A stretch of DNA of 64,000 nucleotides, taken from positions 28,802 to 92,801 of the forward strand of contig JBJMGV010000126.1 of the NCBI GenBank assembly GCA_045807725.1, read 5' to 3'. The DNA is from Blastocatellia bacterium. GTDB lineage: Bacteria; Acidobacteriota; Blastocatellia; UBA7656. The translations under genes were made by a program, and so were the position numbers. Positions 1 through 11,783 of the stretch are shown piece by piece (the first letter of the stretch is position 1; the number at the start of each line of letters is the position of its first letter). Under the pieces are notes generated by a model, which had not been told where the DNA came from, ran no database searches, and saw nothing but the letters and a program-made list of their open reading frames with translations.

Positions 1-391
<391 letters not shown>

Positions 392-425
392 TCACTTTTT
401 ACAAGCGGGCGGCGGATTGCGCAAT

Positions 426-454
426 AAAAAAGCCTCTCTTATCGAGAGGCTTTT
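426..454 (-). terminator. Rho-independent terminator hairpin after tsf
   Basis: aaagcctctc-gataa-gagaggcttt stem-loop followed by a T-tract on the minus strand, immediately 3' of the tsf stop. Confidence 0.55.
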
Positions 455-463
455 TCAGGATCG

Positions 464-1132
464 TTAGCTGCCGAGCAGTTCCTGGACTTCAGCGCCCAGA
501 TCGGCGCTGCGTTTTTCGAGGCCCTCGCCCATCTTGAAGCGGATGAAGCGGCGCACCTTGACGTTCTCGCCGGTCTTGCCGGTTATGGCCGTGACCAGTT
601 GGGCGACCGTGAGGTTCTGATCTTTGACGAACGGCTGCTCCATCAGGACGACTTCCTGATAGAACTTGCCGAGCCGGCCCTCGACAATTTTATCGAGCAC
701 CTGCTGCGGCTTGTTGGCGTTCTTCGGGTCTTGCCGAGCTTGATCGAGAGCGATCTCGCGTTCTTTATCGATCACCTCTGCCGGCACTTCATCCTTGGTG
801 ACGTAGCGCGGCTCGCTGGCGGCGATGTGCATCGCCAGGTCGTGAACGAAGCCGCGAAAGTCATCCGTGCGCGCCACGAAATCGGACTCGCAGTTGACTT
901 CGACCAGCACGCCGATCTTGCCGCCGGCGTGAATGTAGGCATCGACCAGCCCTTCGGCGGTGATGCGGCCAGACTTCTTGGCGGCAGTCGCCTGCCCGCG
1001 CTTGCGCAGAAATTCAATGGCCTTCTCTTCGTCGCCGGCTGATTCGGCGAGCGCCGTTTTGCATTCCATCATGCCAGCGCCGGTCTTCTCTCTCAGTGCT
1101 TTAATTGCTCCTGCTGAAATCGCGTTTGACAT
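464..1132 (-). CDS. tsf: Translation elongation factor Ts
   Basis: [28 protein letters not shown]...; the track ORF is longer, and the internal ATG at 1132 has a GGAGAGGAG RBS. UBA plus EF-Ts dimerisation motifs. Confidence 0.9.
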   Translation of the reverse strand: MSNAISAGAIKALREKTGAGMMECKTALAESAGDEEKAIEFLRKRGQATAAKKSGRITAEGLVDAYIHAGGKIGVLVEVNCESDFVARTDDFRGFVHDLAMHIAASEPRYVTKDEVPAEVIDKEREIALDQARQDPKNANKPQQVLDKIVEGRLGKFYQEVVLMEQPFVKDQNLTVAQLVTAITGKTGENVKVRRFIRFKMGEGLEKRSADLGAEVQELLGS

Positions 1133-1256
1133 TACTACTTGATTCTCCTCTTGGATATTAAAACCGACACGGAGACGCGGCGACCGGGTGACGCGGGGAA
1201 AGACGCGTGATTCGTCTTGATCTCTTCCCTCGCCGTGTCGCCGCGTCGCGTCTGTT

Positions 1257-2423
1257 TTACTCAGCGGCTTCGGCCTTTTCGATGCCTTTATCGGCAGGAA
1301 ACTGTGCGCCCGGCTCGCGGTCGGTCGCCACCGGAGCCTCTTCGCGGGCGAATGCGCCGGGGACGTGACGTTCCGAAGGCACGGACTCGGCGGGCACACT
1401 CTCTTTCCTATGATCCGATTCGTGATTACCACGATGGCCGGGCTGAGACATCTGCACGTCGTTCTGCGTGATGGTGGCGGCGACTTGCGCGCCCGAAGGC
1501 GCAGCCGCGCCGGTCACAGGCGGCACAGGCGTCTCAGGAATGGGCGGCGCTCCCGGCGGCACGTAAGTCGTACGGCGTCCGCCGCGCCGGTCACGATCAC
1601 CGCGCCCGCCGCGCCCGCGACGATCACGATCACCACGATCACTGCGCTCGCCGCGTTCGGGCCGCTCGCCGCGCGGAGCCGCTTCAGCGCCATCGCCAGC
1701 GCTCTCGCCGGCCTCGCCAGCGTCCGCCGCGCCTTCCTTGAGCATCTGCTGGCCTTCGACAATGGCATCGGCCATCTTGGCGGCGAACAATCGCACGGCG
1801 CGCAAGGCGTCGTCGTTGCCCGGCACGATGTAATCAATGCCGTCCGGGTTGCAGTTGGTGTCAACGATGGCGACGGTCGTGATGCCCAGTTTGTTGGCTT
1901 CGTGGACGGCGATCTCTTCCTTGTTCGAGTCGATGATAAAGATCACGTCCGGCAGGTGGCGCATATCGCGTATGCCGGCGAGGTTCTTCTCAAGCGACGC
2001 GTGCTCGCGGTCGAGTTGCAGGCGCTCTTTCTTGGTAAGCGCCTCGAAGCGACCGTCGGTGCGCATCGCCTCAATGTCCTTCATCTTCTGAATGGACTTC
2101 TGAACCGTTTGGAAGTTGGTGAGCAGGCCGCCGAGCCAGCGCTGGTTGACGTAAAACTGGCTACAGCGTTTCGCTTCTTCGGCCACCGCGTCCTGCGCCT
2201 GTCGCTTGGTGCCGACGAACAGGAAGCTCTTGTTGTCCATCGCCGCCTGGGTGACGAACTTCACGGCCTCTTTGAAGAGGCGCTGTGTCTTTTGAAGGTC
2301 AATAATGTAAATTCCGTTACGCTCGCCGAAGATGTACTCTTTCATCTTCGGATTCCACCGCCTGACCTGATGCCCGAAGTGGACGCCAGCTTCAAGCAGC
2401 TCCTTCATCGTTACAGTAGCCAA
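1257..2423 (-). CDS. rpsB: 30S ribosomal protein S2 with a ~150-aa Arg/Gly/Asp/Pro-rich C-terminal extension
   Basis: [19 protein letters not shown]...WLGGLLTN... core; TTG start preceded by AGGAGG; the long low-complexity tail is part of the same ORF. Confidence 0.9.
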   Translation of the reverse strand: MATVTMKELLEAGVHFGHQVRRWNPKMKEYIFGERNGIYIIDLQKTQRLFKEAVKFVTQAAMDNKSFLFVGTKRQAQDAVAEEAKRCSQFYVNQRWLGGLLTNFQTVQKSIQKMKDIEAMRTDGRFEALTKKERLQLDREHASLEKNLAGIRDMRHLPDVIFIIDSNKEEIAVHEANKLGITTVAIVDTNCNPDGIDYIVPGNDDALRAVRLFAAKMADAIVEGQQMLKEGAADAGEAGESAGDGAEAAPRGERPERGERSDRGDRDRRGRGGRGDRDRRGGRRTTYVPPGAPPIPETPVPPVTGAAAPSGAQVAATITQNDVQMSQPGHRGNHESDHRKESVPAESVPSERHVPGAFAREEAPVATDREPGAQFPADKGIEKAEAAE

Positions 2424-2522
2424 TCTTACCTCCTACACGTTGAATTGGTTTATGTACTCGCCGGCCCGCGTTCCAATTGTCCTGCTGGAACAACCAATCG
2501 CAAGAGCCGACAATGGATTTAG

Positions 2523-2603
2523 CGATTTTGGATTGCCGATTTTGGATTGGAGAGACGCGCTGTTGCGTCAGTCCCTTAATCCAAAATCGGCAATCCAAAA
2601 TCG
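2523..2603. repeat. Palindromic intergenic element (GATTTTGGATT arms) between rpsI and rpsB
   Basis: cgattttggattgccgattttggattgg ... ccaaaatcggcaatccaaaatcg, arms of about 25 bp that are perfect inverted complements. Confidence 0.7.
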
Positions 2604-2604
2604 T

Positions 2605-3006
2605 TTAGCGTTTCGAGAACTGGAAGCGTTTACGCGCGCCCTTCTGGCCGTACTTCTTGCGCTCTTTGGCGCGCGGGTCGCGGGTAACGAAGCCGGCGCG
2701 CTTCAGGCGCGTGCGGAATTCGGGATTGAAATCCATCAACGCCCGCGTCACGCCGTGGCGCACCGCGCCCGCCTGACCGGCCTTGCCGCCGCCATCCACA
2801 TTGACCAGGATGTCGAACTTGCCGACGCTGTCGGTAAGGTGCAGCGGCTGGCGGATCACCATGCGATGCACTTCGTTATCAAAATAATCTTCGAGCTTGC
2901 GCTTGTTGACAATAATTTCGCCGGTGCCGGGCTTCATGAAGACGCGCGCCGTCGCGCTCTTGCGGCGGCCCGTGCCGTAGTTCTGAATCGTCTCTGCCAC
3001 GATCAA
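2605..3006 (-). CDS. rpsI: 30S ribosomal protein S9
   Basis: ...[15 protein letters not shown]...[19 protein letters not shown]...[18 protein letters not shown]; exact start (TTG at 3006 or GTG at 3000) uncertain. Confidence 0.9.
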   Translation of the reverse strand: MIVAETIQNYGTGRRKSATARVFMKPGTGEIIVNKRKLEDYFDNEVHRMVIRQPLHLTDSVGKFDILVNVDGGGKAGQAGAVRHGVTRALMDFNPEFRTRLKRAGFVTRDPRAKERKKYGQKGARKRFQFSKR

Positions 3007-3047
3007 CTCTCCTTCAACTCAATTCGGCGGTGGTCGCCGCCGCGCTC

Positions 3048-3488
3048 TTATCGCTTGACCTCGAACGCCTCGGGCTGCTGCGCCTGGTGCGGATGATCCG
3101 TGCCGACGTAGACCTTCAGCTTCTTGCCCATCTGGCGACCGAGCTTATTCTTCGGCAGCATGCCGCGAATGGCCAATTCGAGTATGCGTTCGGGGTGCTG
3201 TTGCAACTGCTTGCGCGCGGTGATCTCTTTCAGACCGCCGGGCCAGCCGGTGTGATGGCGGTAGACTTTGTCCTGCCACTTGTTGCCGGTGAAGACGACC
3301 TTTTCGGCGTTGATGACGATGACGTGATCGCCGACATCAATGTAAGGCGTATAGGTCGGTTTGTTTTTCCCCATCAACAGGCGAGCCGCCTCGGTCGCCA
3401 GCCTCCCAACGGTCTTGCCGTTGGCGTCGATGATAAGCCACTTGCGGCTCTGCTCAAGATTCTTGCCGCTCGGAACGTATGTGCTCAT
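3048..3488 (-). CDS. rplM: 50S ribosomal protein L13
   Basis: MSTYVPS...[23 protein letters not shown]... aligns with L13; internal ATG chosen. Confidence 0.9.
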   Translation of the reverse strand: MSTYVPSGKNLEQSRKWLIIDANGKTVGRLATEAARLLMGKNKPTYTPYIDVGDHVIVINAEKVVFTGNKWQDKVYRHHTGWPGGLKEITARKQLQQHPERILELAIRGMLPKNKLGRQMGKKLKVYVGTDHPHQAQQPEAFEVKR

Positions 3489-3753
3489 GGTGCGAATCTC
3501 CAAAATAATCGTAAAGAAGACGAACGGATAGGATACGAAATGGCCTTTGTCTTGTCAAGTTAGACGGCGACACGGATTCGAGCCGCGCCGGCAGCCTCAC
3601 GGTCAGGCCATTTCAATCGCTATGTGGAGAACGACAAGGACGACCGAGTCGAGAATGCGCGGGTAATGATGAAAGCTGACGAGCGACTAGCCTCCGCCGA
3701 TTACAACGTACGTGGGATCACAGTCAGAGAAGATCAAGCAGCCACCATCTCGA

Positions 3754-4116
3754 TCAACCGGGAGGCCACGTCAAACTGCGACCGCCGAGCACGTGAGCGT
3801 GCAGATGCGGCACTGACTGGCCCGCCGCATCGCCCGTGTTGATGACGACGCGATAACCGCTTTCGGCAATCTCCATCTGGTTAGCAACCTTGGCCGCGAC
3901 GTAGAGCACGTGGCCCATCAACGAAAGATCGAGCTTCGACATGTCGTTGAGCGATTCCAGGTTGTGCTCGCGCGGGATGACCAGCACGTGGACGGGCGCT
4001 TGCGGGTTGATGTCCTTGATCACCACGACCTGCTCGTCTTGATAGACGTATTCCGCAGGTGTGTCCTTAGCAGCAATGCTACAAAACAGGCAGCTTTGTT
4101 CCGGCATATTTTCCAT
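3754..4116 (-). CDS. HIT-family (histidine triad) nucleotide hydrolase
   Basis: ...CLFCSI...PQAPVHVLVIPREH...HLHAHVLGG HIT motif. Confidence 0.8.
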   Translation of the reverse strand: MENMPEQSCLFCSIAAKDTPAEYVYQDEQVVVIKDINPQAPVHVLVIPREHNLESLNDMSKLDLSLMGHVLYVAAKVANQMEIAESGYRVVINTGDAAGQSVPHLHAHVLGGRSLTWPPG

Positions 4117-4164
4117 AATCGTCTCACTCGTATTATCATCTACGCTTTCGAGCCGAGTCAATCA

Positions 4165-4277
4165 AAAACAGCGGCCAATGACCAGTGGCCAGTGGCCAGT
4201 TTTTGGTTTCAGAGCTTAATCTTGCTTCAATAAAGGATCATGAGAACGACAGCAATTTTACTGGCCACTGGCCACTA

Positions 4278-4285
<8 letters not shown>
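4165..4285. repeat. Heptamer-array palindrome, (CCAGTGG)n ... core ... (CCACTGG)n
   Basis: gaccagtggccagtggccagt ... tggccactggccactac flanking a ~65-bp AT-richer core, between the HIT gene and murA. Confidence 0.6.
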
Positions 4286-5534
<1,249 letters not shown>

Positions 5535-5637
5535 CCCCTCGCACCGTCATCGAACGTGGTTCATTAACAGGTGATGTTAGCACACGCGCCGAAGCGCTGG
5601 ACAGAAAAAGATGCGCCGCGTCATCATCACAGATGTA

Positions 5638-7143
5638 ATGAAACGAATGATAGCTTTTCTTTTATTGACAGTGGCGACTCTTTTATCTGAGCGGACGATG
5701 GCCGGCATCCCGCAGCACGAACATCACGACACGCAACCGCCCGCCGCTCAGCCGCAGACGAAGCCGGCTGACAAGCCGCCCGCCGACTCACACACGCCTG
5801 CGATGCCGTCGCCGAAAGACCAGCACGCCGGCCACGACATTAGTAATCAACATGACATGGAGCATCAGCACGCCGGCATGGCCAGCGACGGGATGATGAG
5901 CACCGTCACCGGCGGGCCTTTCCGGGCGATGAGCGCGATTGGTTCCGGCACAAGTTTGATGCCGGCGTCTGCGCCCGGTTATATGTGGCACTGGATGAAA
6001 GGCGATTGGGTGCTGATGCTGCACGGCAACTTGACCATCGGCTTCAATCATCAAGGCGGCCCGCGCGGCGTCAATAAAGCCGAGTCGCAAAACTGGCTGA
6101 TGCTGATGGCCGAGCGCCCCGCCGGCGGCGGTCAGTTGATGCTGCGCGGTATGTTCTCTGCCGAACCCTGGACCGCTCCGCGTCGCGGCTTTCCTGAGTT
6201 GTTGCAGACCGGCGAAACCTACAAGGGCCGCCCGATCATTGACGCGCAACATCCGCACGATCTGTTTATGGAACTGGCGGCGCAATACACGCTGCCCTTG
6301 TCAGAACATGTCTCGATCAATCTTTATGGCGGCCCGGTCGGCGAGCCGGCGCTCGGCCCCGTCGCGTTTATGCACAGGCCATCGGCGATGGAGAATCCGG
6401 CGGCGGTGCTCGGCCATCACTGGCAGGACTCGACACACATCACGCACGGCGTGTTCACCGCCGGGCTGACGGCGTGGAAGCTTCGCATTGAAGGGTCAAT
6501 CTTTCGCGGCGCGGAGCCAGACGAGAATCGCAAGGACATCGAGATGGGCAAGCTCGACTCGTACAGCGGGCGCGTCTGGTTCACGCCGACGCCGAACTGG
6601 ACGATGCAGCTATCGCACGGTCGCCTGACCAATCCTGAATTGCTCGCGCCCGGCGATCTGGTTCGCACCACTGCCTCGATCCATCACAACAAAACGTGGG
6701 CCGACGGCAACTGGGCGACGAGCCTGATCTGGGGCCGCAACCACGAAACGCATGGCAACTCGAACGCTTACACGTTCGAGTCAACCGTGAACTTCAAAGA
6801 TAAGAACTACCTCTACACGCGGCTTGAGCTTGGCGATAAGAACGGCCTGTTGCAAGAGAACATCTGGGGGCGGCCCGGACTTGAAGACGCGCACGACCAT
6901 CCAGAGGTCGTTCACGTTGCCGATGCTGACCCGCACGATGAATTAGCTGATCGCTGGTTCCGCGTCGGCGCGATGACGTTCGGCGGCGTGCGCGACATCA
7001 TTGCTGACTCAAGGTTGCGTGTCGGCATCGGCGTGGACGTGAGCTTCTATCACGTGCCCGATGGCTTGAAAGCGGTTTACGGTTCGCAGCCCATCGGCTT
7101 TCGCTTCTTCCTGCGCTTGAGGCCGGGCAAGATGCAACATTGA
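5638..7143 (+). CDS. Secreted His/Met-rich protein, possibly a CopB-like outer-membrane metal-resistance protein
   Basis: Signal peptide MKRMIAFLLLTVATLLSERTMA, then HEHHDT...HAGHDISNQHDMEHQHAGMASDGMM, then an ~400-aa region with alternating beta-strand patterns. Confidence 0.55.
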   Translation: MKRMIAFLLLTVATLLSERTMAGIPQHEHHDTQPPAAQPQTKPADKPPADSHTPAMPSPKDQHAGHDISNQHDMEHQHAGMASDGMMSTVTGGPFRAMSAIGSGTSLMPASAPGYMWHWMKGDWVLMLHGNLTIGFNHQGGPRGVNKAESQNWLMLMAERPAGGGQLMLRGMFSAEPWTAPRRGFPELLQTGETYKGRPIIDAQHPHDLFMELAAQYTLPLSEHVSINLYGGPVGEPALGPVAFMHRPSAMENPAAVLGHHWQDSTHITHGVFTAGLTAWKLRIEGSIFRGAEPDENRKDIEMGKLDSYSGRVWFTPTPNWTMQLSHGRLTNPELLAPGDLVRTTASIHHNKTWADGNWATSLIWGRNHETHGNSNAYTFESTVNFKDKNYLYTRLELGDKNGLLQENIWGRPGLEDAHDHPEVVHVADADPHDELADRWFRVGAMTFGGVRDIIADSRLRVGIGVDVSFYHVPDGLKAVYGSQPIGFRFFLRLRPGKMQH

Positions 7144-7273
7144 GCGCGTGAGGTGGCCATCATTTTTTTGAGGGCGGGTGTAACCTTTGCGGCGGGCGCG
7201 GTGTCTGAGTAAGTAGAGGCGGATTGGAGCCTCCGAAAGGATCAACACTTATTCGAGCAGTGGAGAGGTAACA

Positions 7274-7786
7274 ATGAAGCAATTGAGTAGAATTAAAAAG
7301 ATGGCCATCGCGGGCGCGATGGCTTGCGCGCTGGCTGTGCCGGTCGTGATGGCGCAGACCGACGACGGCGCGAAGGGCGGGCGTCACGGCCACTTCGGCC
7401 AGCGTGGCGAGCATGGTGATCGCGGCGGCTTTGGGATGATGGGCTTTCGTCAGCTCGACTTGACTGACGCGCAGAAAGCGCAGCTCAAGCAGATTCACGA
7501 GAACCACCGCCAGGCTCTTGCGCCGGTGATGGAGCAGATTCGCGCCAAGCGACAGGAGATGCGCGCGGCCAGCGAAAGCGGCACGGTCAACGAAGCCGTG
7601 ATCGCGCAGAAGCTCACCGAGATCGCGCCGCTTGAGGCCAAGGTGGTTGCCGAGCGTGCGCGTGTGCGCCAGGAATCACTCGCCGTGCTGACGGCGGAAC
7701 AGAAGGCCAAGCTCGATCAGATGCGCGAGCAGGCGAAGACTCGCTGGGCCGAGCGTCGCGCTAACAAGCAACAGAAAAATCAGTAA
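7274..7786 (+). CDS. Periplasmic LTXXQ-motif protein (Spy/CpxP/ZraP family)
   Basis: Signal peptide; LTDAQKAQL and LTAEQKAKL motifs; coiled-coil basic protein. Confidence 0.7.
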   Translation: MKQLSRIKKMAIAGAMACALAVPVVMAQTDDGAKGGRHGHFGQRGEHGDRGGFGMMGFRQLDLTDAQKAQLKQIHENHRQALAPVMEQIRAKRQEMRAASESGTVNEAVIAQKLTEIAPLEAKVVAERARVRQESLAVLTAEQKAKLDQMREQAKTRWAERRANKQQKNQ

Positions 7787-7848
7787 CTCTCGTGGGCAAG
7801 CCCGTCATCGGATGGGCTTGCCGCTTTTCAAATCATTGAACAGGAGCA

Positions 7849-8466
7849 TTGCTGACAATCGAGATCGAACAGGTTTCGGAGGAGGAGTTGGTGAGGCTGG
7901 CGCGGGCTGGAAGCGAGCCGGCCTTTGAGGAGATCGTGCGTCGCCACAGCCCGCGCGTCTTTCAGATTGCCAGCCGTTATTTTCGTCAGCGTGAGCTGGT
8001 CGAAGAAGCCGCTCAGGAGGCTTTTCTTAAAGCCTACACGCAGCTTTCAACCTACGAAGGGCGCGGCTCGTTTGAAGGCTGGCTGACACGATTGACGACG
8101 AACCTCTGTTTGAACCTGCTGCGCAGCGCCAGGCGGCGACCCGAAGCCACTGTAGCCGACATCACAGACGACGAAGGCGAATGGCTGGACAATCAATTAT
8201 CCGATCTTTCCGCCGTGCGCCACCAGGCGAGCGAGCGCGGGTTGGTCGCGGCTGACCTCGCCGAGAAAGTTCTCAGTGAGATGTCTGCCGACGACCGGCT
8301 GGTGTTGATGTCGCTCGATGGCGACGACCTTTCGGTCAAAGAAGTCTCGGAGATGACCGGCTGGAGCGAGGCCAAAATAAAAACGCAAGCCTCGCGCGCG
8401 CGCCGGCGAATGCGCCAGGCCGTCGAAGCCTTGCTCAGTCACCGATGGCGCGGGCGTTCTTCATAA
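7849..8466 (+). CDS. ECF (sigma-70 family) RNA polymerase sigma factor
   Basis: ...EELVRLARAGSEPAFEEIVRRHSPRVF... region 2 and a region 4 HTH; TTG start in the track, true start uncertain. Confidence 0.85.
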   Translation: MLTIEIEQVSEEELVRLARAGSEPAFEEIVRRHSPRVFQIASRYFRQRELVEEAAQEAFLKAYTQLSTYEGRGSFEGWLTRLTTNLCLNLLRSARRRPEATVADITDDEGEWLDNQLSDLSAVRHQASERGLVAADLAEKVLSEMSADDRLVLMSLDGDDLSVKEVSEMTGWSEAKIKTQASRARRRMRQAVEALLSHRWRGRSS

Positions 8467-8514
8467 CGAAAAAATAAAGCGCAAGCCGAGAGCCTGCGCT
8501 TTACTGGTGAACTC

Positions 8515-9006
8515 ATGCGAGACCAGCACATCACAAGCTTGCTTGAAGAGGAGCCACTCAGCCGTTTGAGCGACGACGAGCGCGCGATGATCGAAGCGCA
8601 CGTCGCGGCTTGCAGCGAATGTTCGCAGTCGTACCGCGCGGCGCGGCTCGCCGAATCATTGATCGTTGCGCGCGCGGCTGAGACGCAGACCGTCTCGCCT
8701 TTCTTCAAGACGCGAGTGATGGCGGCCATACGCGACCGGCAATTGTCGCCGGAGCCGGCAGCGTGGTTAAGAATCTGGCGGGCCGCCGGCAGTCTGCTCG
8801 TAATGATGACGATGCTGGTCATCGTGCTGGTCGGCGTGAGCGTCTTCAACTCGGCGACGACTGCGCTGCCGTCGCCTGACATTGCCATCAATCAAAGTAT
8901 CTATTCGACTGATGAAGTGATCTTCGGCCCGGACGACGCGGGCGAAGAGACTTACGATCAGGTGTTCGGAACAATCTACGGCTCAGAGGACGGCGATGGA
9001 AACTAG
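8515..9006 (+). CDS. Anti-sigma factor (zinc-finger ZAS-like, single TM)
   Basis: HVAACSECSQ motif, a TM helix LLVMMTMLVIVLVGV, immediately downstream of the ECF sigma gene. Confidence 0.7.
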   Translation: MRDQHITSLLEEEPLSRLSDDERAMIEAHVAACSECSQSYRAARLAESLIVARAAETQTVSPFFKTRVMAAIRDRQLSPEPAAWLRIWRAAGSLLVMMTMLVIVLVGVSVFNSATTALPSPDIAINQSIYSTDEVIFGPDDAGEETYDQVFGTIYGSEDGDGN

Positions 9007-9394
9007 CCTCAAAAACAAATGGCAGATTCGCCTGGCGGTGTTGCTCATCTTCATCATCGGCTTTGTCGCCGGCGCGCTGACCGTGAACGTCTACCGCGCA
9101 CGCCATATGGCCTCTGCGCCGGAGGAGCGGCGCGGCAGGTTCGAGCGCGTGATGGAGCAGTTGAACCTGACCGCCGAGCAGCGCGAGCAGGTGAAAGCCA
9201 TTTTCAACGAGGCCCGCGCGCAACTCAGTGAGATGCGCAAAGAGTCGAGGCCGCGATTCCGCGCGATGCGCGAACAGACTCACGAGCGTTTGCGCAACGT
9301 GCTCACGCCCGAACAGTGGGAACAGTTTCAAAAACTCACTGCCGATTTCAAAGAGCATCGTTCCCGCCGAGCCAACCGCAACGACGAGCCATAA
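8996..9394 (+). CDS. Periplasmic LTXXQ-motif protein (Spy/CpxP-like), second copy
   Basis: TM anchor, then LTAEQREQV and LTPEQWEQF motifs; overlaps the anti-sigma stop, so same operon. Confidence 0.7.
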   Translation: METSLKNKWQIRLAVLLIFIIGFVAGALTVNVYRARHMASAPEERRGRFERVMEQLNLTAEQREQVKAIFNEARAQLSEMRKESRPRFRAMREQTHERLRNVLTPEQWEQFQKLTADFKEHRSRRANRNDEP

Positions 9395-9704
9395 GATTCC
9401 GCCAGCGCTCACACCGTCCGCTCTTATGCACTGCCATGTGCGGTGACTCACCTAGCTGCTTGTTATAGATGCGCGAGCCGCCGCGCTGCTGCTTACGAAA
9501 GGAGTAGATGCCAGAGCCACAGACCCTAACTGCATTCATCACCCTGCGTTCATCACTCATCATTCCTCTGACGACATGCGTGCGGCCCGTGTGCTAGATT
9601 ATTCGCGGCCAGCAACGAGCAATGGGATTGCCCACTCAAGCGACGATCTCCGGCCATCATTTTGATTGTGGCGAAGAATACAAAGAGCGCGGGACGTTGA
9701 AGCT

Positions 9705-11144
9705 ATGTCAGAACAAAAGCTGCCTTCTCGATCCGAAGACTTTTCCGAATGGTACAACCAGCTCGTCTTGAAGGCCGAGTTGGCCGATTACGCGCCGGTG
9801 CGCGGCTGTATGATCGTACGGCCTTACGGCTGGGCGCTGTGGGAGAACATTCAGCAGGCGCTCGACCGCCGCTTCAAAGCCACCGGCCACGTCAACGCCG
9901 CTTTCCCTCTGCTCATCCCGCAGAGCTTCATCGAGCGCGAGAAGGCCCACGTCGAAGGCTTCGCGCCCGAACTCGCGGTGGTCACTATCGGCGGCGGCAA
10001 GCAACTTGAAGAGCCGCTCGTCGTGCGCCCGACTTCCGAGACGATCATCGGCTACGCCTACGCGCGATGGATTCAGTCTTACCGCGACCTGCCGGTGCTG
10101 ATCAATCAATGGAACAGCGTCGTGCGCTGGGAGCTGCGCACCAAGATGTTTCTGCGCACGCTCGAATTCTTCTGGCAGGAAGGCCACACCGCGCACGCCA
10201 CCTTTGACGAGGCCGAAGCCGAGACGCGCCAGATGCTCGATGTCTATACGGACTTCGCCGTCAACGAGGCGGCTATCCCGGTGATCCCCGGACGCAAGAC
10301 CGCTTCGGAGCGATTCGCCGGGGCCGATCAGACCTATTCGATTGAAGCGATGATGGGCGATGGCAAAGCCTTGCAGGCCGGCACGTCGCACAACCTCGGT
10401 CAGAACTTTGCGAAGAGTTTCGAGATTCGCTACCTCGACAAGGAAGGCCATCTGCAACATTGCTGGACAACTTCGTGGGGACTTTCGACGCGCTTCATCG
10501 GCGCGATCATTATGGTGCACGGCGACGATCAAGGCTTGATCCTGCCGCCGCGCCTCGCGCCTTATCAAGTCGTCATCGTGCCCATCTTCAAGACGGATGA
10601 AGAGAAGCAGACGGTCATCGAAACCGCGCGACGGCTGATGAAGGAGTTGATTGATGCAGACGTTCGCGTCAAGCTCGATGAGCGCGAGGGGATGACGCCG
10701 GGCTTCAAGTTCAACGACTGGGAGATGCGCGGCGTGCCGCTGCGAATCGAGATCGGCCCGAAGGATGTCGCTAAAAGCTCGGTCGTGCTGGCACGCCGTG
10801 ATAAGCCCGGCAAGGAAGGAAAGTCGTTCGTCGAACAAGCGGGCCTTGCGGCGACAGTGAAAGAAACACTGGCCCTCATACAGCAATCGCTTTACGACCG
10901 CGCGCTGGCTTTCCGCGAAGCGCACACGCAAGCGGTCAGCGACTACGATCAGTTCAAGGCGGCGATTGAACAAGGGTTCGCTTCGGCGCACTGGTGCGGC
11001 AACAGCGATTGCGAAGCGCAGATCAAAGAGCAGACGCGCGCGACGATTCGCTGCATCCCGTTCGCGCAATCGAGCGAGGCGGGCCGCTGCATCCGCTGCG
11101 GCGCAGAGTCACAAGAGCGCGTCATCTTCGCCAGGGCTTATTAA
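9705..11144 (+). CDS. proS: Proline--tRNA ligase, archaeal/eukaryote-like (type 3) with C-terminal Zn-binding domain
   Basis: ...RPTSETIIGYAYARWIQSYRDLP...QAGTSHNLGQNFAK... class II motifs; C-terminal CGNSDC...RCIRCG. Confidence 0.9.
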   Translation: MSEQKLPSRSEDFSEWYNQLVLKAELADYAPVRGCMIVRPYGWALWENIQQALDRRFKATGHVNAAFPLLIPQSFIEREKAHVEGFAPELAVVTIGGGKQLEEPLVVRPTSETIIGYAYARWIQSYRDLPVLINQWNSVVRWELRTKMFLRTLEFFWQEGHTAHATFDEAEAETRQMLDVYTDFAVNEAAIPVIPGRKTASERFAGADQTYSIEAMMGDGKALQAGTSHNLGQNFAKSFEIRYLDKEGHLQHCWTTSWGLSTRFIGAIIMVHGDDQGLILPPRLAPYQVVIVPIFKTDEEKQTVIETARRLMKELIDADVRVKLDEREGMTPGFKFNDWEMRGVPLRIEIGPKDVAKSSVVLARRDKPGKEGKSFVEQAGLAATVKETLALIQQSLYDRALAFREAHTQAVSDYDQFKAAIEQGFASAHWCGNSDCEAQIKEQTRATIRCIPFAQSSEAGRCIRCGAESQERVIFARAY

Positions 11145-11245
11145 GTTTGCACGTTCAGCGAGCCGCGAGCGGTAAGGGTGAGACGACGTGAACAGCGCTT
11201 CGGCGGCCTCCGCTGCAACGCCTTGTTAGACGCCCTTGCAGGCGA

Positions 11246-11503
11246 TCAATAGTGGTATCTGCAAGAAAGGATCCTAATCTTATTCTCTTGTACCTGATAT
11301 ACAAGCCGATGCTCACCGTCTATGCGTCTGGACCAGCATCCTGCCAACTCGTGCTTGAGCGGTTCAGGCTTACCAATCCCCTGAAACGGTTCTTTCTGAA
11401 CTTCCTGGACTAATTTGATAACCCGCAGCGCCTTCTTACGATCTTTCTCAACCCACCAGGCCAAATCCTCAAACGCTAACGGGTCAAATTCCAAGTTTCT
11501 CAC
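11246..11503 (-). CDS. yoeB: YoeB/Txe-family toxin (type II TA)
   Basis: ...GKPEPLKHELAGCWSRRIDGEHRLVY...RILSCRYHY; GTG start; local GC lower than the surroundings. Confidence 0.85.
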   Translation of the reverse strand: MRNLEFDPLAFEDLAWWVEKDRKKALRVIKLVQEVQKEPFQGIGKPEPLKHELAGCWSRRIDGEHRLVYQVQENKIRILSCRYHY

Positions 11504-11693
11504 GAGCGTCCTCTAAAGGGATTCCCTCTTGACGGTCCTTTGCTTCTAAAAGGCGTCGCTTCATAGTCTCGCTCTTCAGCAGGTAGGCGGTCTCTCTTTC
11601 GGATTCGATCTCGCGCCATAGTTGAATCGGGACAATTACTCCAACGGTATTCCCGCTTTCGTCGGATATGTATTGGATTTCAGCCGCGCTCAT
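11484..11693 (-). CDS. yefM: YefM/Phd-family antitoxin
   Basis: MSAAEIQYISDESGNTVGVIVPIQLWREIE...; overlaps the toxin start by about 20 bp. Confidence 0.8.
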   Translation of the reverse strand: MSAAEIQYISDESGNTVGVIVPIQLWREIESERETAYLLKSETMKRRLLEAKDRQEGIPLEDAREKLGI

Positions 11694-11783
11694 TACGCTA
11701 CCTCCTGGCGACAATCACCTTCGAGAAAAATCTATCAAAGCCATACCGTATCTGCAATAGATGCCCCGCAGGCGTTCAAAACT

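Noticed and set aside
3489-3753. Structured L13 autoregulatory leader upstream of rplM
   Set aside because: The 265-bp leader is plausible by analogy, but I could not identify a convincing conserved structure by eye.
7849-7851. ECF sigma start codon
   Set aside because: The track start is a TTG only 2 nt after an AGGAG. A downstream GTG after GGAGGAGGAG is equally possible, so the start is left as in the track with reduced confidence.
9708-11069. Long antisense ORFs (for example 9708..11069 opposite proS, 1365..2522 opposite rpsB, 13148..14422 opposite the M13 peptidase, 32012..33946 opposite the kinase, 59254..60252 and 61042..62535)
   Set aside because: High GC yields long stop-free antisense frames. 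The sense-strand genes have clear family motifs, while the antisense products are Arg/Ala-rich with no motifs.
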